Shown one piece after another: positions 18,120 to 27,261 of a DNA stretch of 45,925 nucleotides. The notes under the pieces are model-generated. The model had not been told where the DNA came from. It searched no databases and saw nothing but the letters and a program-made list of their open reading frames with translations. A program made the position numbers and the translations under genes. Position 1 is the first letter of the stretch, and each line of letters begins with the position of its first letter. This DNA is from Candidatus Levybacteria bacterium CG_4_9_14_0_2_um_filter_35_21. Its GTDB lineage: Bacteria > Patescibacteriota > Microgenomatia > Levybacterales > UBA12049. Location of the stretch: the NCBI GenBank assembly GCA_002788395.1, contig PFRF01000056.1, positions 1 to 45,925 of the forward strand. Direction: 5' to 3'.

Positions 18120-20888
18120 TTAACCAACAGCTCCATTCAGAGTGCCATTTGCAGTCGGGCTACTGTCTGTAGTAGCTTGCGCTTGTCCAAATCCGGCAGG
18201 CGGAAGAGAAGAATCAAATTTAACTGTTTGTGTCTGATTATTTGCCTGAGCAATTAAATCCTGCTCGGGAGTATTAACAGAAGGAACAGGCGGAACCGGA
18301 GGAAGTTGCTCTTGAATAACCGGATTTACGGGAGGTTCTACCTGACTAGCTTGTCCACTTGTTGGCAATGGGCTCTGATCCGAAGTTTTTTGTGATTGAG
18401 CCTGAGAAGCCGGAGCGACAACGGCTTTGGTAAATTTAAACTCTTCCGTTTGTCCGTCGTAATCGATTAAAATTTTATCCCCTTGAATAAAGGTTTTTTT
18501 AATCATTAAAAGCGCAATTGGATTCTCGATTGCAGTCTGAACAAGCCTTCTTAAAGGTCTTGCTCCATAGATTGGATCATACCCTTCTTTTGCAAGTCTT
18601 GCTAAAGCTGCTTCGCTTGCTTCTAAATCAATTCCCTGCAAGAGTAATAATTTTTTGGTGGAATTTATTCCAAGTCTTGCAACTTCCATCATATTTTTCT
18701 CACTTAATGGCTCAAAAACCACAAGTCCATCAAACCTGTTAAGAAGTTCCGGTCTAAAGAATTTTCTAAGTTCTCCCATTAAAATCTTTGTTAATTCTTC
18801 AAATTTCTCCTTTGTATTATCCGGTTCTTTTTGCTGACCCTGCTGCCCATTGGCTTGTCCCTTAATTTTTATTTCTGCTTTCTTTGCAGCATCAACATTA
18901 TCTTGTAATTGCTGTTGAATTAATGCGCTTCCAATATTAGATGTTGCGATAATAATCGTGTTTTTAAAAGAGATTGTATTACCTTTATTGTCCGTTAATC
19001 TTCCGTCTTCCAAAAGTTGAAGAAGAATGTTAAACACATCCGGATGAGCTTTTTCTACTTCATCCAAAAGAACTATTGAATATGGCTTTGCTCTAACTGC
19101 TTCTGTTAATTGTCCTCCTTCTTCATACCCCACATATCCCGGAGGTGCCCCTATTAACTTTGCTACCTCATGTTTTTCCATATATTCACTCATATCAAGC
19201 CTGATCATGGCGTCTTCTTTGCCAAAAAGAACCTCTGCTAAAGTTTTAGCCAACTCCGTTTTACCAACTCCTGTAGGACCGAGAAAAATAAACGAGGAAA
19301 TTGGCCGGTTTACACTTGAAAGTCCAATTCTTCCTCTTCTTACAGCTTCTGCGACTAAGGTTACGGCATTTTCCTGATTTATTAATCTCTTATGAATTGT
19401 GTCTTCCAAATGAAGTAATTTTTCGCTCTCGTTTTCGGTTAATTTCGTAATCGGAATTCCTGTCCAACTACTGACAATTTTTTCTATATCTTCCTCTTTT
19501 ATTTGGTTACTTTCTTTTTTACCTTCATTTAACTCTAATCTAACTTGTGCCGAAGCTTCATCTAGAAGATCTACTGCCTTGTCCGGAAGGTAACGTTCCC
19601 CGATGTATCTCTTAGAGAGCTTAACTGATGCTTCAATTGCCTCAGGTGTTACAACAACTTTATGGAAACTTTCGTATTTTGGCGCTAAAACTTTTAGCAT
19701 TTCTATCGCTGCTTCTTCGCTTGGCTCATCTGCGATAACGGGCTGAAATCTTCTCTCAAATGCTTTGTCTTTTTCAAAATATTTACGGAATTCAGCTGTT
19801 GTAGTTGTGCCAATAATTTGTAACTGCCCACGCGCCAAGAAGGGTTTTATAATATTTGAGGCATCAAGTGCCCCCTCGGTGTCTCCGGCACCGATTATTG
19901 AATGTATTTCATCAATAAATAAAATTATATTTCCGGCTGCTTGGGTTTCTTTTATAACAGATCTTAATCTTTCTTCGAATTCCCCTCTATGAGAAGCCCC
20001 TGCAATTAACGACGAAAGATCAAGTTGGATTATTTTTTTATCCGCTAAATCCTTTGGAGCTTTTCCGGTAATAATATTTTGAGCAAGTCCCTCGACAATT
20101 GCCGTTTTACCAACACCTGCTTCGCCGATAATAATTGGGTTATTTTTAGTTCTTCTTAAAAGAATATGGGTAAGCCGCTCAACCTCCCGGTCTCTTCCCG
20201 TTATGGGATCTAATTCACCATTTTTTGCCTGCTCCGTAAGGTCAATGCCAAATTGTTCAAGGGTTGATTTTTTTCCGTAAACAAAAGTTGAGGATTTAGA
20301 TAATTGTTTTTCTACCTTTTCCTTATCTAGTCCCTTAGCTTTTAAAAAGTCCGAAGCAGCGATATTTTGGGAAAAAATTGTAACTAATAAATCTTCGGGG
20401 GAAATAAACTCAACTCCTCTTGATTTAACTGTGGAGTAGGCTTCTTCGAAAAGACGTTTTGAATTCTCCGAAAGCGTTGGTTGCCCCTCAAAAGTTCCTG
20501 TTTGTTCTTTGCTTTGAAGTTCTTGGGATAATTTTGCGACATCAACTGAAAATTTTGCTAAAAGCTGAAAGATGTCCGAATCAAATGCAAGACCTATTAA
20601 GAGTTGTTCCGGCTCTATTAGCGCCTGCTTTATTTTTTTTGCCTCTTGCTGAGCCTGATTTAGTGCTTGTGAAGTCCTACTGTCAAGATGTGACATAACC
20701 GACAAATCCTGTCTTTGGTTTGGCTGCATAGAAGAACCAACTAAATTATCTGACGCTGCTACCTGTGGCGGCGGAAATGGCGGCGGCGGTTCTTGAGCAG
20801 GCTGGGCAGGATTTGCCTGCTGAACATCTTTATGTTCATCATCACTGTCTGTGGTTAAATGTTTTAAATTAAATAAATTTCCCAACAT
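18120..20888 (-). CDS. ClpA/B/C-family AAA+ ATPase with P/Q-rich termini
   Basis: Clp N repeats; D1 GEAGVGKT and LFIDEIH; D2 GPTGVGKT, IGAPPGYVGYEEGG and LLDEVEKAHP. Confidence 0.95.
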   Translation of the reverse strand: MLGNLFNLKHLTTDSDDEHKDVQQANPAQPAQEPPPPFPPPQVAASDNLVGSSMQPNQRQDLSVMSHLDSRTSQALNQAQQEAKKIKQALIEPEQLLIGLAFDSDIFQLLAKFSVDVAKLSQELQSKEQTGTFEGQPTLSENSKRLFEEAYSTVKSRGVEFISPEDLLVTIFSQNIAASDFLKAKGLDKEKVEKQLSKSSTFVYGKKSTLEQFGIDLTEQAKNGELDPITGRDREVERLTHILLRRTKNNPIIIGEAGVGKTAIVEGLAQNIITGKAPKDLADKKIIQLDLSSLIAGASHRGEFEERLRSVIKETQAAGNIILFIDEIHSIIGAGDTEGALDASNIIKPFLARGQLQIIGTTTTAEFRKYFEKDKAFERRFQPVIADEPSEEAAIEMLKVLAPKYESFHKVVVTPEAIEASVKLSKRYIGERYLPDKAVDLLDEASAQVRLELNEGKKESNQIKEEDIEKIVSSWTGIPITKLTENESEKLLHLEDTIHKRLINQENAVTLVAEAVRRGRIGLSSVNRPISSFIFLGPTGVGKTELAKTLAEVLFGKEDAMIRLDMSEYMEKHEVAKLIGAPPGYVGYEEGGQLTEAVRAKPYSIVLLDEVEKAHPDVFNILLQLLEDGRLTDNKGNTISFKNTIIIATSNIGSALIQQQLQDNVDAAKKAEIKIKGQANGQQGQQKEPDNTKEKFEELTKILMGELRKFFRPELLNRFDGLVVFEPLSEKNMMEVARLGINSTKKLLLLQGIDLEASEAALARLAKEGYDPIYGARPLRRLVQTAIENPIALLMIKKTFIQGDKILIDYDGQTEEFKFTKAVVAPASQAQSQKTSDQSPLPTSGQASQVEPPVNPVIQEQLPPVPPVPSVNTPEQDLIAQANNQTQTVKFDSSLPPAGFGQAQATTDSSPTANGTLNGAVG

Positions 20889-20892
20889 ATTA

Positions 20893-22275
20893 TTATTGTG
20901 AGCACGTAAACGGATGTCGCAGGTCCATTTTTACCATTCCTCCCCATTCCACAGCCGTAAAGCCTACTCTCTTCGGAGTAACGATTAGAGGATTCGATAT
21001 TGATATTTTTTTATTTAAAGCTTCAAAATAAATTCTAACTCTAATGAAGGTATCCGGAACAGGATTAAATAAAACCGGTTCTATAGAATCGATACTTTCT
21101 TTATCCATAACTCCTACAAAATAGTACGGAGAAGATGGTAAAACCTTTTCCCAATAATCTTTAAATTCCACACTTTCCTTTTGGTTTAATCCTAACCTTG
21201 GAAGCAAATCATCGAATAATAAAGAGAGTTCTGATTGTTTAACAACAAATCCTTTTTCCGGCTTTTTTACTAATTGATCCGGAATTTCAGACTCATAATA
21301 CAGGTATGGATAAAAATTATTGTTTGAATTAATTAAACCGCCTTTATTTGCGATTACCGTCCATCCGTCTTGCGGATAATCCGGAATTGTTAAAGTTAAT
21401 CTTCCCACTGTATTTACTTTTACGTTAACCGGTTGAGTTTCTTCCGGATATAAATAAATCGCAGGTTTACAAGAAGGAGTCCACCATGAGACATTACTTG
21501 TCGTAACAAACTGTACTTTTTTAAGCTGCAATGATTTATCACCGACCGGAATAGGAGGAATCGGTACATTTGTAGCCATATATTCATAAGCATCTTGTCC
21601 ATCTATTAAATAGATCGTGCCAAGATGCAGTAATAATTGATATGATCTATTTCTTGATTTAACAAATAAGGTTCCTATCTGGGAAACTTCCAGTGACTGA
21701 ATGGAACTTGCCGGAGGATTATTTCCGTCATGAATATATGCAATTCCTACCGACGGATCATTTGCTCCGACTCCGGATATTTCTGTTTTATTAAAACCGT
21801 ACGGTGGAAATGTAGCTGTGTCCTGAATTACAGTTACTGTTCCTCCGGAAGCTTTGCAGTTTTTAATATAATCAGGAAGTGCTGTTCCGCTCTTAAAATA
21901 TACATCAAACCAGCTATCTGTGTTACCGGCCGGAGCAGAATCCGGTGTTATAATTGCCTTATAAACAACATCTGTAATTTGCTGGCCGTACCAGTTTCCC
22001 GAAGTCATAATCCAGAGGTTTTGAGCAGTATCAACCTGTTTCATTTCATTTATTTTAGATTTGGAAATTGAAATCTGTTTTTTAATTAAACCGTAGGTAA
22101 ATCCTCCATAAGAAACTGTAATTGTAGTATCCGGAGGATCAAAATCAACACAAGAAGCGCTAGCAGAAATAGGAACAAAATCTTGATTCTTATTTGGACT
22201 AAGCGAAAATAAACCTGCCAGTCCAATTCCCGCAATTATTACAAAACCCAAGACAAGAACTATAAATTTGTTCAT
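20893..22275 (-). CDS. Exported protein with C-terminal KPAIYLYP-type domain, function unknown
   Basis: N-terminal TM; KPAIYLYP...YPYLYYE...LGLNQKE..EF..YW...VEWGG motifs. Confidence 0.8.
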   Translation of the reverse strand: MNKFIVLVLGFVIIAGIGLAGLFSLSPNKNQDFVPISASASCVDFDPPDTTITVSYGGFTYGLIKKQISISKSKINEMKQVDTAQNLWIMTSGNWYGQQITDVVYKAIITPDSAPAGNTDSWFDVYFKSGTALPDYIKNCKASGGTVTVIQDTATFPPYGFNKTEISGVGANDPSVGIAYIHDGNNPPASSIQSLEVSQIGTLFVKSRNRSYQLLLHLGTIYLIDGQDAYEYMATNVPIPPIPVGDKSLQLKKVQFVTTSNVSWWTPSCKPAIYLYPEETQPVNVKVNTVGRLTLTIPDYPQDGWTVIANKGGLINSNNNFYPYLYYESEIPDQLVKKPEKGFVVKQSELSLLFDDLLPRLGLNQKESVEFKDYWEKVLPSSPYYFVGVMDKESIDSIEPVLFNPVPDTFIRVRIYFEALNKKISISNPLIVTPKRVGFTAVEWGGMVKMDLRHPFTCSQ

Positions 22276-22302
22276 AAATTTATTGTAACACTATTATTTA
22301 AT

Positions 22303-24555
22303 CTACGAAAGATCCTTTTCCGGTCCTTCGGAAATCTCTGCCTTTTCCGTCATTTCTTTTGCTTTTTCTTCTTTTTCTCGTACACCAAGCATTGTGTCTT
22401 CTTCTTCCTGATTTTGCTTTAGTTTCCCGACAATTGATTTTGCCGCTTCAAGTTTTGCTTTAAGATAAGCAATAACTTCGGTTTGAGAAAAACCGCCAAT
22501 TAAGAGGAAGGGCAAAATATTTCCAACTGATTCCATACCCTTCTTAACATTTTGAGGATCGGTAGAAACGAGCAAATTAATAGCTTCTGTAATTTTATTA
22601 ACATCATTATTAATCCATTCATTTCTATCTTGTTGTTTCGGAGGTTCAAGATGTTGATAATTTTCCTCCCACATTTTTCTAACAGATTCGTAATCATCAA
22701 GGCTAACCTGCTGAACTCTGTTTACAACAGGGAATGGTCCGGCGGAAAGATTGGAAATGTCTGTTAGCCCTGCCTCTTCAAGAACCATCGATGCAACAGA
22801 ATTACCTTTATCTTTTGCCTCTTTTAATTTTTCCTTAAGTGACTCATCTACATTTTCCCTTTGCATTGCGTTAAGCACCGATATCGCTAAAGGATCTCCT
22901 GCCTCCTGAGCCTTTTTCAGTTGGTCTTTTACCGTAAGCAGTTTTTGTCTTTCCTGAATATTTGCGCTGTTTGGATTTGCCAATTTTTGTAAGGCAGTAT
23001 TGAGCCTAAAGGTCTCTTTCTGGGCTTGAACAACCTCCTCCGGTTTATTTATCGCATTTGCAGCCGTAAGCACCGAGTTGGCAAAATTATTGCCTTTTTG
23101 ACCCTCTTGAACTAACTTATCTTTTATGGAAGTAAACTTTTGTCTTTCTATAGATGAACTAATTTTCTTTGGATCCGCAATTCTTTCCAGTGTTTCATGG
23201 TATTTTGCAAGCTCTGCCCTTTTATCCATGTTTGTGCTTATTGAGGCTGTTTCAAACTTAGCAATATCTCTCATTGTTGGTAGACTAATATTGGTAAGTC
23301 TCATAACATCCGATTGCATTGACCTTAAATTTGCCACATTGGCATTAATACTTTGTGTTTTAATTTCGGGGATAGATATTTTAGAACTAAACGGAATTGC
23401 TCTTGCCATGCCCGAAGGCTGATGTGACGAAGGAGGTGTTCCCGGAGGAGAAGACGGCGGAGGCTTAGAGATAAATGATGATCCTCTTTCCAAAAGTTGT
23501 CTAACTGTGGAATTTTCATTAAGAGAAAATGTTTTTAAGTAATCAAGAAAAATCTGAAGCAGTAAAAACGGCAAAATTATTACAACCCAAAGCATTAAAA
23601 GCGCTACTATGTAAAGCGCAAAAGTATCTTTATTATTTACACTGTTTGTTAAAGATAAAGTCTGTTGCGGACCCCCTAATAAAATATTAATTGCAGTTGG
23701 ATAAATAACATCACTGTTTTTTGCAAAATTAAGCGGTATGTTTGCGCTGGATCTCCAAATTCCTACCAATCCTGCTAAAAATATTGCAAAAAGCGGACCA
23801 TATAAGAGCCAACGGAAAAATTCTCCAACCCAAATCTTACCGGTATTTCTAATAGGTGCATATAAAAGAAGCAATGGAAAGATTGGAGAAATAATTATAA
23901 AAAACCACAAAATTATTTTCCTAATTAAAAGAACGCCCGACATTACATAATAGGTTGCTGCAGTAAGCTTAACCAAAAGAATAGAAATAAAAGCCGATTC
24001 GTCAAAAGCAACACCATATTTGCGGTAACCCAAAAAATCTTGATATTTAAAACTAATACTTAAAAGGTTTTTTTGGGAGATAAATCCGGCTCCATCGGGA
24101 TTTTTTAAGAAAAATCCTTGAATTACGTCTATTATTTGGTAGATGAATTGAATAAGTGCAAAAGAAAATGTAACCAAAAGAATTATTAAAACAAATCTGG
24201 GAACAAAACGCATTACGGTAATGTTTCTACCCCGGGATATGATCATAATAAAGGCTGTTATAAGGATAAATATGGCAAAAAAAGCATAAACTATATTCCT
24301 AATTTGTGACCAGAAATCAGCCAACGGATTTTGAGCACCGGGGGATACATAAGACCAACTATAGTTACTAATTGTCCAGTCTAAAAATTGACCGGATCTG
24401 GCTCCTACTTTTCCCACAAAAGTAACATCGGAATCACTTACCCAGGTGTCTTCCGCAGGAGGTAAAGTCGTAGTAGTTGCAGCAAAAACAGGAGAAACAA
24501 AAAATAGCTTAAGAGCTGTTAAAAAAAGAAGCAAAACGAGCAGAATTTTCTTCAT
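22303..24555 (-). CDS. VirB6/TrbL-like polytopic membrane protein with long soluble C-terminal tail
   Basis: Signal peptide, FWSQIRNIV, several TM helices, LIRKIILWFFIIISPIF...W..EFFRW; follows a pilin gene. Confidence 0.65.
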   Translation of the reverse strand: MKKILLVLLLFLTALKLFFVSPVFAATTTTLPPAEDTWVSDSDVTFVGKVGARSGQFLDWTISNYSWSYVSPGAQNPLADFWSQIRNIVYAFFAIFILITAFIMIISRGRNITVMRFVPRFVLIILLVTFSFALIQFIYQIIDVIQGFFLKNPDGAGFISQKNLLSISFKYQDFLGYRKYGVAFDESAFISILLVKLTAATYYVMSGVLLIRKIILWFFIIISPIFPLLLLYAPIRNTGKIWVGEFFRWLLYGPLFAIFLAGLVGIWRSSANIPLNFAKNSDVIYPTAINILLGGPQQTLSLTNSVNNKDTFALYIVALLMLWVVIILPFLLLQIFLDYLKTFSLNENSTVRQLLERGSSFISKPPPSSPPGTPPSSHQPSGMARAIPFSSKISIPEIKTQSINANVANLRSMQSDVMRLTNISLPTMRDIAKFETASISTNMDKRAELAKYHETLERIADPKKISSSIERQKFTSIKDKLVQEGQKGNNFANSVLTAANAINKPEEVVQAQKETFRLNTALQKLANPNSANIQERQKLLTVKDQLKKAQEAGDPLAISVLNAMQRENVDESLKEKLKEAKDKGNSVASMVLEEAGLTDISNLSAGPFPVVNRVQQVSLDDYESVRKMWEENYQHLEPPKQQDRNEWINNDVNKITEAINLLVSTDPQNVKKGMESVGNILPFLLIGGFSQTEVIAYLKAKLEAAKSIVGKLKQNQEEEDTMLGVREKEEKAKEMTEKAEISEGPEKDLS

Positions 24556-24567
24556 AACTTTCTCTAC

Positions 24568-24867
24568 TTATTTAAACCCGGGAATATGTAATATGTCAAT
24601 AGCAATTACTTGTATAAAAACATAGCCAAAAATCGCTAGTAACAATCCTATTATAGCGTATAAAATATAACTCTTGCCATCGTTAATTTTTTGCGGATTA
24701 CCTTGAGAAACAAGTATAAGATATCCCCCATAAATAATATAGAGAAGAGATACTCCTCCAATTAATCCTAAACCAATAGCATAAAATTTTGCTACAAAAC
24801 CAACAGGATCATTAGGGATACATCCCAGATCTGTAGAAGTTTCCGAAGGTAAACATGTTAATGCCAT
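24568..24867 (-). CDS. TrbC/VirB2-like pilin
   Basis: TDLGCIP; two hydrophobic helices around IIYGGY.ILVSQGNPQKINDGKSYILYAIIGL. Confidence 0.8.
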   Translation of the reverse strand: MALTCLPSETSTDLGCIPNDPVGFVAKFYAIGLGLIGGVSLLYIIYGGYLILVSQGNPQKINDGKSYILYAIIGLLLAIFGYVFIQVIAIDILHIPGFK

Positions 24868-24941
24868 AAATTGATCGTAGCATATCGGAGATTTTAAAAC
24901 CAGCTTTTTTGTATCATTCTCAGAACTGATATAATTTATTC

Positions 24942-25403
24942 ATGCTTATTCATTTTGTTTGCAAAGGAAATACTTATAGAAGCAGACTTGCCGGAACATA
25001 CTTAAACTTGAGACAAATCCCAAACCTTAAAGCAACTTCTTCCGGAATTGAAGCCAAACAAAACATAAGCGGCATAATAACCTGGGAAGCGCAAAGAATT
25101 ATCCAAAACAACAAATTGACTGACTTTGAAAGCCATGTTTGGCATGAAACAACTAAAGAATTATTAGACAAAGCTGATCTAGTTGTTTTTATGCAACAAA
25201 TGCACCATAAATATTGCAAGGAAAAACTCGGGTTCAGAAAGAAAAATTTTAAGATATTTAACGTAAAGGATTTCGGAGATTATGGTTTTGGTGACGAATA
25301 TGTTTCTTTAGAAGATGACATTGAAAGAATTAAATTAAGCGAAAAAACTTTTGAGGAAATAAAGGAAAAAGTAGATAATTTGGTTAGAGAATTGGGATTT
25401 TAG
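24942..25403 (+). CDS. Low-molecular-weight phosphatase / ArsC-family protein
   Basis: FVCKGNTYRSRLA P-loop, SSGIEA, ADLVVFM. Confidence 0.85.
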   Translation: MLIHFVCKGNTYRSRLAGTYLNLRQIPNLKATSSGIEAKQNISGIITWEAQRIIQNNKLTDFESHVWHETTKELLDKADLVVFMQQMHHKYCKEKLGFRKKNFKIFNVKDFGDYGFGDEYVSLEDDIERIKLSEKTFEEIKEKVDNLVRELGF

Positions 25404-25515
25404 AACCAACCATGTTTTACTTTCTTTCCTTCGAGCTCTTTAAGCAGATTACCTTCTAAGGTTGTTTTTCAAACGCTCTTAATTTATCAACCTGTCTAAT
25501 AAATTGTCTCTCGGG

Positions 25516-26196
25516 TCACCTTTGCACTCCGGGGTAGATTTTTGTTTGGTTTGCCAAAAATTCATGGCGGTAAAGGGGTCCTAGTTCGTCGTCGCCAAAT
25601 GGTTCTGGGACAAAATTAAAACCAGCCGTTTTAAAAACCTCTAGAAAACGATGGGGTGTGTCCTCATTACCTACGAGGTAGTATTCGAAAAAACTTCGAT
25701 CCATTTGTGTTGCTACCTCATAAGTTTTTAATGAATTTGGAATATCATCCCTTGTGTTCGAAGATTCAAAAGTAAGGAAAGTAAAGTCGGCCAGATGAAA
25801 AGTAAGATTTGAAGGAAGACCTTCCTCATTTGGTGGGGAAAATAAAACATAAGTCCCTGGGTTTTCTTCGTCAAAGCAATTCAATAAAATTTTGTAATCG
25901 CTTTCTGAACCTCCCCCGCGATCATTAAAACCAAGTAATAAGCTGGGTCGTTTGTAAAATGTTTTCTCACCCTCTCGAATAGGTTCACCTGGATCGTCTT
26001 TATTTACAAATTCAACAACTACAGCCGCTTGACCAAGCATTAATTCGGCTGCTAAAAATACACCGTCACAATCTTTAGATTCACCGCGTTTCTTCTCAAT
26101 TGTGCAGTTCCAAACTTCTATTGGGTAACCAAAGGCATTAGGAACTTCCTTAATTTCTCCTTTGGGAATTAAAATAGATCTCTCAGTTTCTGGCAT
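25516..26196 (-). CDS. Hypothetical acidic protein
   Basis: 226-aa ORF preceded by TGATATAAT; no recognised motif. Confidence 0.6.
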   Translation of the reverse strand: MPETERSILIPKGEIKEVPNAFGYPIEVWNCTIEKKRGESKDCDGVFLAAELMLGQAAVVVEFVNKDDPGEPIREGEKTFYKRPSLLLGFNDRGGGSESDYKILLNCFDEENPGTYVLFSPPNEEGLPSNLTFHLADFTFLTFESSNTRDDIPNSLKTYEVATQMDRSFFEYYLVGNEDTPHRFLEVFKTAGFNFVPEPFGDDELGPLYRHEFLANQTKIYPGVQR

Positions 26197-26271
26197 AATT
26201 TGTGGATTATATCAAACTATAACAACGGTTTTCAAATTGAGGCAAAAATCGGACTTCGGAAAATAGGGGTG

Positions 26272-27174
26272 TTAAAACCAGCTTTTTTTGGAGCTGCCTT
26301 CTTTATCGAATTCTTTAAGAAGTTCTTTTTGTTGATGAGTAAGGTTTTTAGGAATGCTAATCTTGATTCGCACGTAATGACTTCCTTTTCCTGATCCTCT
26401 TGGATTAGGCACACCCTTTTGCGCCAATCTAAAAACTGTTTCAGGCTGAGTTCCTGTAGGAATCCTTAACTTTACCAAACCGTCTATTGTTTCTACTTCT
26501 ATAACGTCACCTAGGACTGCTTGGGAAAAAGAAATTTCTTTTTCCGAAACAATATCTTGTCCCTGCCTTTGGAATTTAGCACTCGGTCTTACGTCAACAA
26601 CAACATCATAATTCCCAAATCTAATTCTGGATCCATCATCAACTCCGGCAGGAATTTTTATTTTTTGAGTTTTCCCTTCAATTCTAACCTGTTTTTCTAC
26701 TCCCTTAACTGCCTCTATAAAATCTATCGTTATGGAATAAGTTGGTCTTTTCTGTCTTTGTGCACCAAAAGGAGAGCCTCCGCCGAAAAATTGAGCAAAT
26801 ATTTCAAACGGGTCGGAAAATCCTCCAAAATCCGCTCCTTCACCATTTCCGCCTCCCGATGTATAAGTGTAGGTAAATGGTCCATATTGACCACCCTGTG
26901 CCCCACCAAAAGGATTACCTCCACCAAAAGGTCCCTGACCACCTCCGGCACCTTGTTCAAAAGCTGCAGCACCAAACTGATCGTAAGCCTGCCTTTTCTG
27001 CGGATCTGATAACGCTTCGTAGGCTTTACTTACTTCTTTGAACCTTTGCTCACCATCTTTGGTTTTATTTTTATCCGGATGGAATTGCACAGCAAGCTTT
27101 CGATAAGCCCGTTTTATTTCATCTTGAGTAGCTGTTTTTCCAACACCTAAAATTTTATAGTAATCCTTATCCAT
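26272..27174 (-). CDS. dnaJ: DnaJ-family co-chaperone lacking the zinc finger (class B)
   Basis: J domain with HPD, G/F region, C-terminal domain; no CxxCxGxG; follows dnaK. Confidence 0.9.
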   Translation of the reverse strand: MDKDYYKILGVGKTATQDEIKRAYRKLAVQFHPDKNKTKDGEQRFKEVSKAYEALSDPQKRQAYDQFGAAAFEQGAGGGQGPFGGGNPFGGAQGGQYGPFTYTYTSGGGNGEGADFGGFSDPFEIFAQFFGGGSPFGAQRQKRPTYSITIDFIEAVKGVEKQVRIEGKTQKIKIPAGVDDGSRIRFGNYDVVVDVRPSAKFQRQGQDIVSEKEISFSQAVLGDVIEVETIDGLVKLRIPTGTQPETVFRLAQKGVPNPRGSGKGSHYVRIKISIPKNLTHQQKELLKEFDKEGSSKKSWF

Positions 27175-27193
27175 AATCTGCTTATTATATTAT

Positions 27194-27214
27194 AAAAGCG
27201 CGTTTACCGCGCTT
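27194..27214 (-). terminator. Terminator after dnaK
   Basis: AAGCGCG-GTAAA-CGCGCTT-TT. Confidence 0.6.
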
Positions 27215-27226
27215 GATTTTTGATCT

Positions 27227-27250
27227 TTATCTTGAGCTTGCCGAACGGAT
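27227..27250. repeat. REP-like short repeat, intergenic
   Basis: TTATCTTGAGCTTGCCGAACGGAT. Confidence 0.55.
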
Positions 27251-27261
27251 GATCTTTGATT

